From sequence record LR745206.1: a stretch of 64,000 nucleotides of DNA. The stretch is one strand, 5' to 3'. A program made the translations under genes and the position numbers. How positions within the stretch are numbered: position 1 is the stretch's first letter; the number at the start of each line of letters is the position of its first letter. Shown here one piece after another: positions 57,509 through 64,000 of this stretch. The notes under the pieces were generated by a model. The model was not told the origin of the DNA. It did not search any database and saw only the letters and a program-made list of their open reading frames with translations.

Positions 57509-58349
57509 CTTCTTTCACAAAGGATATTTGATATGATGTTGGGTTGTTAATGAACTCGAATTTACTTGGTTTATATTCCGCTCTATCATCATAAATATTC
57601 TTTATTTTATATCCACTTTCTTCCATATAGTTTAATATATCAGCGATATTAGAATCCAATAATTCTCTATTTTTAGCAAAATTACCATAAAAATCTTCAC
57701 GTTTGTTATTTTTAATATCTAAGAATAATTGTGGTTTGGATGCTGCTCCAGCAAATGTGTATGGTGTGTAGTTAACAGTTGTGTAGTAACCAATATCATT
57801 TATTTCCGATAGCTTATCTTCAATAAACTCAATATCTTTATTCATATCATATATAACATCACCATACTCCCAAACAAGGGTATCAATGACCTCTTTACTT
57901 GTGTTTGATATACCCTCAAATGTATAATATGTTGTGTTAGAAGTTGACCAAGTCATCTCAATACTTGATACACTAGGCCATCTCTCATCAATCCAAGCAA
58001 TATCTTCATCTCTCATCCTATCATCAGGTCTTATATAAAATTTCTTCTGAATGCTTGACTTGTTATATTTTAATTTAGAATACCAACCTAACTCTCTCAT
58101 ATATTGATATATTCTCAATAAAGATTCTGAGATATCTTCTGTGAAATTAAAATACCCACCTTCTCTCTTTTGTATCTTGATATTAATACTAGTTACTGGT
58201 TCAGTAATAGGAGAATATGAAATGGTTATAAAGAACCCAATATCTTCTAAATCAGTTGATATATCTTTTAATGTGTAAATAATATCACTATCTATATGAC
58301 TTGGAAATTCTGATTTCTCAAATATTTTATATGATTTTAGGTATTTCAT
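57501..58349 (-). CDS. hypothetical protein with internal duplication, CTS-like N-terminus
   Basis: MKYLKSYKIFE, two copies of [DS][LE][EI]xDIG[FY]. Confidence 0.7.
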   Translation of the reverse strand: MKYLKSYKIFEKSEFPSHIDSDIIYTLKDISTDLEDIGFFITISYSPITEPVTSINIKIQKREGGYFNFTEDISESLLRIYQYMRELGWYSKLKYNKSSIQKKFYIRPDDRMRDEDIAWIDERWPSVSSIEMTWSTSNTTYYTFEGISNTSKEVIDTLVWEYGDVIYDMNKDIEFIEDKLSEINDIGYYTTVNYTPYTFAGAASKPQLFLDIKNNKREDFYGNFAKNRELLDSNIADILNYMEESGYKIKNIYDDRAEYKPSKFEFINNPTSYQISFVKEDE

Positions 58350-59014
58350 TATTTCATTAATGGTATTTGTGGAGTAACCTCAAATCTCTCATTAATGTAC
58401 ATTTTCAATTCATTCTCTACATAATGATCTGGAACTTCCATCTCTGGATCCATAGTGCTCATTCTTTCTGATAAATCTATTGAGAATTCATGTAGAACAT
58501 TAGGTCTTATAGCCTCAACTAATCTATCAGAAACAACAAATGCTCTAGTAAATCTATCTTTTGTTGTGATTTCACCTTCTGCTAGTTTCATAGAACTATC
58601 TATTACCTTTTTTAGAAACCCATTATAATCATTACCTGGATCTTCAAGTATAGGCTTCATAATTTTATTAAATGCTCTAGTGGATCCAAGTATAAAACCA
58701 GCAATTGCTATTATTGGAAAAAACGGAGCAAGTGCCATTGGTGTCACTCTATGTAACATCTTAACAATACCAACTTTCAATCCACTTCTTTTCTTAGCAA
58801 CTTGAGCATCTTTGAATAAAGCATTTAACATACCAAATGTAAACGTCCTACCCTTCTCACTTAAATATTTACCTAAGTTTCCTCTGTGAGCATGATATAG
58901 ATACTTATTGATTTGCTTCTTGTCAGTAACACCCAATCTCTTTAATTCAGCTTTAATATTCTTATCATATTTCTCCTGTATTAAAAACTCATCATATTTC
59001 TTTATAGTATTCAT
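58349..59014 (-). CDS. hypothetical protein, CTS-like N-terminus and hydrophobic segment
   Basis: Start ATG 59014, MNTIKKYDEFLIQE, ALAPFFPIIAIAGFILGS. Confidence 0.65.
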   Translation of the reverse strand: MNTIKKYDEFLIQEKYDKNIKAELKRLGVTDKKQINKYLYHAHRGNLGKYLSEKGRTFTFGMLNALFKDAQVAKKRSGLKVGIVKMLHRVTPMALAPFFPIIAIAGFILGSTRAFNKIMKPILEDPGNDYNGFLKKVIDSSMKLAEGEITTKDRFTRAFVVSDRLVEAIRPNVLHEFSIDLSERMSTMDPEMEVPDHYVENELKMYINERFEVTPQIPLMK

Positions 59015-59018
59015 CAAA

Positions 59019-59046
59019 AAACAAAATATACTTTTTACTATATATA
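59019..59046 (+). promoter_or_regulatory. putative middle promoter AAACAA-N16-TATATA
   Basis: Upstream of the gp52-like gene. Confidence 0.5.
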
Positions 59047-59051
59047 AATCT

Positions 59052-60395
59052 ATGATGACAGAAAAAACAATTTCGGAATTTTTATCAGATGAATATAAAG
59101 AATTCGCCATGTATTCTATTGAAGGTAGAGCAATGCCTTCTGTTATTGATGGTTTTAAACCAACTCAACGAAAAATAATACACATATCCAATCAAATATG
59201 GAAAAGTGGGAATGAAAAAACTCTTAAAGTATTTCAACTGGCTGGTAAAGTAGCATCAGATGCTTTTTACCACCACGGTAATGCTTCTCTTGAGAATGCT
59301 ATTGTTACAATGGCTCAGAAATTTAAGAATAATGCTGCTCTTTTAGAAGAAGATGGTCAATATGGATCTTTAAGATCCCCACAACCTGGTGCTCCAAGAT
59401 ATATTGGTACTAAATTAAATGAAAATTTTAAATTACTTTATAAAGATTTTGAATTATTAAATTATAAAGAAGAAGAAGGTGAAATAATTGAGCCAGAATT
59501 CTTCCTACCTATAATACCAACTATTTTATTAAATGGATCTTCTGGTATTGCTGTTGGATTTGCTTCAAATATATTAAATAGAAATGTAGATCAATTAATA
59601 GAGTCTTGTACAAAAATACTCACTGGTAAGAAAATTAAAAGCATTAAACCATCATTAAATGAATTTACTGGTGAATATACACAAGATGAAGAAAACTCCA
59701 AGAGGTGGGTTATAAGAGGTAGATTTGAAAGGGTAAATACATCTACTGTCAGAATAACTGAATTACCACCATCAATGACTTATGAAAAATATGAAGAACA
59801 TCTAGATAAGTTATGTGATAATAAAGATATTGTATCATATGATGATAATTGTAGAGATAATATTGATTATACAATAAAGTTTACTAGGTCGGATCTATCT
59901 GAATTAGATGATACAAAATTAATAAAACTATTAAAATTGGAAGAATCATCAACTGAGATATTTTCAACACTAGATGAATTTGGTAAACTAAAAATATTTG
60001 AAACTGCTGAAGAGATAGTTGAATACTTTGTTAACTTTAGACTTACCTATTATCACAAAAGGAAGGAGTTTTTCCTCGATAGAATGGATAAGGAATTAAA
60101 AATTTTAAGTAATAGAGGTAGATTTATAAAAGCCATTCTTGATGTTAAGTTAAAAATAAACAATGTTGCTAAACTTCAAATAATATCACAAATAGAAGAA
60201 ATGGGTTTAGAAAAAATAGATGATTCTTTTGACTATCTTTTGAGAATGCCAATATACTCTTTAACTAAAGAATTATTTGATAAACTTAAATCTGATTTTA
60301 TTTCCAAAAAAGAAGAAATAAAAAGATTGGAAGAAACCAATCCAAAGGATATGTATATTGATGATCTTAGTGAATTGAAAAAGAAGTTCAAATAG
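59052..60395 (+). CDS. gp52: type II DNA topoisomerase medium subunit (GyrA/ParC-like; T4 gp52)
   Basis: Start ATG 59052. RAMPSVIDGFKPTQRK, YHHG, GAPRYI (catalytic Tyr), NGSSGIAVGF. Confidence 0.93.
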   Translation: MMTEKTISEFLSDEYKEFAMYSIEGRAMPSVIDGFKPTQRKIIHISNQIWKSGNEKTLKVFQLAGKVASDAFYHHGNASLENAIVTMAQKFKNNAALLEEDGQYGSLRSPQPGAPRYIGTKLNENFKLLYKDFELLNYKEEEGEIIEPEFFLPIIPTILLNGSSGIAVGFASNILNRNVDQLIESCTKILTGKKIKSIKPSLNEFTGEYTQDEENSKRWVIRGRFERVNTSTVRITELPPSMTYEKYEEHLDKLCDNKDIVSYDDNCRDNIDYTIKFTRSDLSELDDTKLIKLLKLEESSTEIFSTLDEFGKLKIFETAEEIVEYFVNFRLTYYHKRKEFFLDRMDKELKILSNRGRFIKAILDVKLKINNVAKLQIISQIEEMGLEKIDDSFDYLLRMPIYSLTKELFDKLKSDFISKKEEIKRLEETNPKDMYIDDLSELKKKFK

Positions 60396-60420
60396 ACTTC
60401 ATTAATTTGTAATTAATTGT

Positions 60421-60428
60421 TATATTTG
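60421..60428 (+). promoter_or_regulatory. Bacteroidota-type -7 element TATATTTG
   Basis: 4 nt before ATG 60433. Confidence 0.5.
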
Positions 60429-60432
60429 TAAA

Positions 60433-61569
60433 ATGAAAGAAGAATTGCTAAAGCTTATTGAGGAAAAATCACCAGGAGCAAGACCACTATATCTTGTTAT
60501 ACGTGGTTCACATGCTTATGGAACTAATATAGAAACATCTGATACTGATTATGCTGGTGTTTTTATACAATCAATAGAAGATATTTTTGGTCTAAACTAT
60601 AAAGAACAGATAAATGATGATACTAACGATACCGTTATTTATGAACTTCGTAGATTTCTAGGATTACTCGCTAGCAATAACCCAACTGTATTAGAATTAC
60701 TTAATACTCCAGAAGATTGTATTATCTACAAAGATCCTATTTTTGATTTGATTTTAAAGAATAGAGATATATTTATTACCAAAGTTTGTGATAATTCATT
60801 TGGTGGATATGCACGACAACAAATTGGTAAAGCAAAGGGTCAAAATAAAAAACAAAACTGGGAGCAGTCCAAAGTAATACGTAAAACTCCATTGGATTTT
60901 TGCTATCTATTACAAAATGAAAAATCTATACCATTAGTTGATTATCTAGATAAACATAAGATGGATCAAAGATTCTGTGGATTATCAAATGTGCCACATA
61001 GTAGAGATACTTATGCTTTATTTTATGATTATAACTTATCAAAGTTACCATTCCCACATTTAGTAGGTAAGGTAAATCAAGGATTTAGAGGAATTGTATT
61101 TGAAGATTCAAATGAGGTTAGGCTAAGTTCTATACCATTTAACTGCCCTGTTGAATATTTCATTGGTCATATCTCTTATAATAAAGATGGATATTCACAA
61201 CATTGTAAAGATTATAATTCTTATCAAACTTGGATAAATGAAAGAAATGAGGCTAGATGGGTTGATGTTAAATCACATGGTCAAAAAATAGATGGTAAGA
61301 ATATGATGCACTGTGTTAGATTAATTGGAATGGCTCGTGAGATTGGTGAAGGTAAGGGTATTTTAGTAAGAAGAGATAACGCAAAAGAACTTATTTCGAT
61401 TAGAAGAGGTGAAGTTGACTTACAAACATTAATTGATAATGTTGAATCTGATATTCGAGAAATTGATCAAATTTTCAAAAATTCCAATCTACCAGATAAA
61501 GTTGATGAAAATTTTGTACATGAATTATTGGTTAAAGTTAGAAAAGAAGTTTATAAATTAAATAGATAG
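60433..61569 (+). CDS. Pol-beta superfamily nucleotidyltransferase (RlaP/NrdC.11-like)
   Basis: RGSHAYGTNIETSDTDYAGVF (GS...DxD), NNPTVLELL, KNMMHCVRL. Confidence 0.8.
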   Translation: MKEELLKLIEEKSPGARPLYLVIRGSHAYGTNIETSDTDYAGVFIQSIEDIFGLNYKEQINDDTNDTVIYELRRFLGLLASNNPTVLELLNTPEDCIIYKDPIFDLILKNRDIFITKVCDNSFGGYARQQIGKAKGQNKKQNWEQSKVIRKTPLDFCYLLQNEKSIPLVDYLDKHKMDQRFCGLSNVPHSRDTYALFYDYNLSKLPFPHLVGKVNQGFRGIVFEDSNEVRLSSIPFNCPVEYFIGHISYNKDGYSQHCKDYNSYQTWINERNEARWVDVKSHGQKIDGKNMMHCVRLIGMAREIGEGKGILVRRDNAKELISIRRGEVDLQTLIDNVESDIREIDQIFKNSNLPDKVDENFVHELLVKVRKEVYKLNR

Positions 61570-61573
61570 TATT

Positions 61574-62191
61574 ATGGGTATTTTGGAGATTATGATTATA
61601 TTTTTTATGGGTATTTTGATTGGTGGTTTTACAACAAAACTATTATCAAAATATTCTGATAAATTACAAAGGGAGAAATTAATTGATAACATAAATTCAC
61701 AATACAAACAGATTCTTAGAAGTGTTTCTAAAGGTGAGGCTAAATTTAAGAATAGGGTAAATAATACTGTATTCATTTCATCTAATCTAAAAGAACATGG
61801 TGATGTTGATGTTATTTACATGATGGATAATAAAGATATAGCCATATTTAAAAATAATAAATGTATTTATACATCTGAATCAGTTAACAGTGAAGTTGTA
61901 AAGGATATAACAGTAACTATTGATAATAGATATCAAAATCAAATAAATGATGTTGTTGATATTCTTGGATTCAAATTTTATAGAGAAGAGTTTGAAAAGT
62001 CATTCAAAGGTGAAATAAAATCTCTTGATATGACTAAATTGGATTTATCAGATATTGATAAAATTAAAAATGAAAATGACTCCAAGTTCACGATAAATGA
62101 TGTATTGGATAAGATAAGTAAAAGTGGGATGGATAGTCTTACATTTGAAGAAAGAATATTTCTTGATGAATATAGTAAAAACAATGGATAG
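61574..62191 (+). CDS. membrane-anchored protein with DUF6576-like C-terminal motif
   Basis: N-terminal hydrophobic helix, C-terminal INDVLDKISKSGMDSLTFEERIFL. Confidence 0.55.
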   Translation: MGILEIMIIFFMGILIGGFTTKLLSKYSDKLQREKLIDNINSQYKQILRSVSKGEAKFKNRVNNTVFISSNLKEHGDVDVIYMMDNKDIAIFKNNKCIYTSESVNSEVVKDITVTIDNRYQNQINDVVDILGFKFYREEFEKSFKGEIKSLDMTKLDLSDIDKIKNENDSKFTINDVLDKISKSGMDSLTFEERIFLDEYSKNNG

Positions 62192-62534
62192 GATAGTAAA
62201 TCTAACTCCATTCTCTATACTTTCTCAAGTAAATGAAATAGAACATCACACTTTATTAGAGATTACCACTATCGTAATAGAAAATAGTGGTAATTTTTTT
62301 TACATAAAAGATGAAGTTGAAAAGATATTAGATGTCTCTAATATGCCTCAGTATATTAAAGAAGATTGGATTAATTATAACAAAAAAGAATTAAATATTG
62401 CTTTATTGAATCACCAGATAAAGAATCTCGAAAATATTCTTGAATATAAAAGACCATATGATGAAAAGGATGAAGAAGCTCTTATTTTATTGAAATCTTT
62501 GAGAAGGGATTTAATTATCAACGGGCTTATCTAA
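62184..62534 (+). CDS. hypothetical protein with C-terminal tag variant
   Basis: Start ATG 62184, ends LRRDLIINGLI. Confidence 0.6.
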   Translation: MDRIVNLTPFSILSQVNEIEHHTLLEITTIVIENSGNFFYIKDEVEKILDVSNMPQYIKEDWINYNKKELNIALLNHQIKNLENILEYKRPYDEKDEEALILLKSLRRDLIINGLI

Positions 62535-62966
62535 ACTAAAAACAATATCAATAAATAAAATAAAACTAGTATTGATTTTATTTTCCTTAGTGTATTCTCT
62601 TAGTGTATCAACATCACTAAACCATTGTCCACCAGTAACCCTAACAAATAGTGAGTTTAATTTACAAACACATCTGCTTTCGAAGTGTTCAATAGAACTT
62701 TGTAAATCATCAAAAAAATCATCAGTGAAGTTGAAATTTTTATTACTTAATCTAACACAAAGACCCTTGAATGATTTTTTATTATTGAAATCATTTGGAT
62801 TGTCTATAATTTTTTTACCATCCATTGGTGAAAAATTACCAACAAAACAATCATTTACTGATAATCCGTGATCTGCTACGGGAAGAAATATATCACGTAC
62901 CTCATCAAATGAGATGCTTTTTTCAAAGTTCTCAATAAAGTTCTCAAACAATTTAACATACTTCAT
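62511..62966 (-). CDS. hypothetical protein, CTS-like N-terminus
   Basis: Start ATG 62966, MKYVKLFENF. Confidence 0.7.
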   Translation of the reverse strand: MKYVKLFENFIENFEKSISFDEVRDIFLPVADHGLSVNDCFVGNFSPMDGKKIIDNPNDFNNKKSFKGLCVRLSNKNFNFTDDFFDDLQSSIEHFESRCVCKLNSLFVRVTGGQWFSDVDTLREYTKENKINTSFILFIDIVFSLDKPVDN

Positions 62967-62970
62967 AGTG

Positions 62971-62979
62971 TATATATTA
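62971..62979 (-). promoter_or_regulatory. putative late promoter TAATATATA
   Basis: Exact motif 4 nt before ATG 62966. Confidence 0.55.
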
Positions 62980-62990
62980 ATATAATTCCT

Positions 62991-62998
62991 TATATTTG
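62991..62998 (+). promoter_or_regulatory. Bacteroidota-type -7 element TATATTTG(C)
   Basis: 4 nt before ATG 63003. Confidence 0.55.
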
Positions 62999-63002
62999 CT
63001 TC

Positions 63003-63164
63003 ATGGATAATATAACTACACATAAAGACCCAACAGAAAACTACACACCAGTAGGTCAAACATTCTGTAAGGGTAAATGCGATACGAAAGCTATAAGAAC
63101 GAAAGAAGGTCTTGTTGTTCTTTGTGATGGATGTAAAAGGGTTGTTATTGATAATAGAGATTAG
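63003..63164 (+). CDS. 53-aa Cys-rich (possible zinc-binding) protein
   Basis: FCKGKC...LCDGC. Not in the ORF track. Confidence 0.55.
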   Translation: MDNITTHKDPTENYTPVGQTFCKGKCDTKAIRTKEGLVVLCDGCKRVVIDNRD

Positions 63165-63529
63165 TGGAATATTTACCAGGTATAATAGATGAAAGTCTTC
63201 AAAAATTAAATTATTTTGAAATATTAAATGATTTTAATGTACCATTGTACCCTAATAGATTCGATGATGATATTTCAAACAATGATATTACGGATTCAAT
63301 AGAATTTAAAGGTGGTGAAATATTAATTCTTAGATGGTTTAAACCAAAAACAACAAGAACACTTTATAGTTTTGTGGTTGGATATTATAAATCAGATAAG
63401 TACCATGAGGTTAAAAGAGAATGTCCTATGAGTATGGATTTTGTTTCTATCAATACTGCTATACTTAATAATATAACCAATTCATTTGTAAGAGAATTGA
63501 AGATAGATTCTATATTATATGGTTTGTAG
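63164..63529 (+). CDS. hypothetical protein with C-terminal tag
   Basis: Ends VRELKIDSILYGL. Confidence 0.65.
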   Translation: MEYLPGIIDESLQKLNYFEILNDFNVPLYPNRFDDDISNNDITDSIEFKGGEILILRWFKPKTTRTLYSFVVGYYKSDKYHEVKRECPMSMDFVSINTAILNNITNSFVRELKIDSILYGL

Positions 63530-63791
63530 ATGTAAGTTAAATTTTATGATGAAGGATTTTCACTTTATTGATGGTGAAATCTATGATTATGATTATGATA
63601 GTCATGAAGAAACTGGAATTTTGATTTTTTATATAAAAGGTAGAAGATTATCATTTTCAACAGGTCTTCCATTTGTTGATGGTAAGCTTCCGATGGTAGA
63701 AGATAAATTCCGGAAGTATTTCGATGATTTACAATATTTAAGAGAAGAAAAATTAAAACAATTATTTGATGATATTAGCGAAAACAGTTAA
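63519..63791 (+). CDS. hypothetical protein with C-terminal tag
   Basis: Ends LREEKLKQLFDDISENS. Confidence 0.6.
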   Translation: MVCRCKLNFMMKDFHFIDGEIYDYDYDSHEETGILIFYIKGRRLSFSTGLPFVDGKLPMVEDKFRKYFDDLQYLREEKLKQLFDDISENS

Positions 63792-64000
63792 ACAGATTAC
63801 ATTATTAAATGTAATCATATTTATATTAGCATATATGACGGATTTTTCATTCTATGATCAATTCGCACTTTTTCCTGGTGATGGTCAACCACACCAATAT
63901 ATAACACATATGTTTCTACATGCTGGATTCACACACATCTTATTTAATATGTTAGCTTTTCTGTCATTTGGATCAGATGTTGAGAATTACTTTGGTAGAA
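63769..64000 (+). CDS. rhomboid family intramembrane serine protease (partial, runs off window)
   Basis: MILAKTVKQITLLNVIIFILAY...QYITHMFLHAGFTHILFNMLAFLSFGSDVENYFGR. Not in the ORF track. Confidence 0.8.
   Translation, partial: MILAKTVKQITLLNVIIFILAYMTDFSFYDQFALFPGDGQPHQYITHMFLHAGFTHILFNMLAFLSFGSDVENYFGR

Noticed and set aside
57235-59048. Transposon or IS ends (16-bp inverted repeat around 1.8 kb)
   Set aside because: No transposase, recombinase or target-site duplication. The repeat is explained by twin promoters.
523-62871. Opposite-strand or alternate-frame ORFs in the track (e.g. 523..708, 4630..4875, 15618..15806, 16299..16505, 17069..17251, 18825..19211, 22017..22274, 22753..22947, 23090..23290, 23278..23604, 27532..27795, 28916..29119, 29959..30141, 30056..30322, 31757..31978, 35344..35568, 39306..39503, 39578..39775, 47538..47786, 48666..48992, 54953..55159, 56785..57069, 57322..57504, 61558..61776, 61978..62211, 62572..62871)
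   Set aside because: They overlap better-supported genes and have the S/L/I/F-rich composition typical of shadow frames.
1-64000. Bacterial chromosome (because of dnaK, dnaJ, nusG, adk, prkA) or eukaryotic giant virus
   Set aside because: Host-like genes are interspersed with gp32-, gp13-, gp39/gp52-, Rnl1- and RNase H-like genes, phage-type promoters and many small orphans. Bacterial promoters and terminators plus an amidase argue against an NCLDV.
1-64000. Stop-codon reassignment (seen in some large phages)
   Set aside because: Conserved genes are full length in code 11, and TAA, TAG (e.g. 60393..60395) and TGA (ATGA overlaps) all act as stops.
1-64000. tRNA or rRNA genes
   Set aside because: No cloverleaf with T-loop GTTCGA-type motif or rRNA-like segment found by eye in the few intergenic gaps. 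tRNAscan-SE would be needed to exclude atypical ones.

Overview
A very AT-rich, densely coding 64 kb segment of a large T4-like (myovirus-type) jumbo bacteriophage, read in standard code 11. Phage markers are a gp32-like SSB, gp13-like neck protein, T4 RNase H-like nuclease, split gp39/gp52 topoisomerase II, Rnl1 RNA ligase and an amidase endolysin. The host is probably Bacteroidota: there are TAnnTTTG -7 promoters, A-rich starts without Shine-Dalgarno motifs, and host-like DnaK, Adk, NusG and rhomboid. Host-like cargo includes a sugar-nucleotide/glycosyltransferase cluster, DnaK-DnaJ-GrpE, PrkA(YeaG)-YeaH-SpoVR, NusG, IMPDH/GMPR, Adk, dCMP deaminase, an HD (p)ppGpp-hydrolase-like protein and an RlaP-like nucleotidyltransferase. 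The most striking pattern is two mutually exclusive short peptide labels. (1) About 27 ORFs start with MK[YH]LKx[FY]xE, resembling the T4 internal-protein capsid-targeting sequence. They sit mostly behind a TAATATATA putative late promoter and include an Acb1-like 2H phosphodiesterase-DEDDh fusion and Rnl1. (2) About 22 small ORFs end in R-x-x-K-[IL]-x-x-[IL]-[ILG]. They are enriched behind host-type promoters, and several carry recognisable fragments of T4-like capsid, portal, tail-tube or scaffold proteins, or ankyrin repeats. No tRNA, rRNA, CRISPR array or transposase was seen. All family assignments come from motif recognition by eye, not from database searches.
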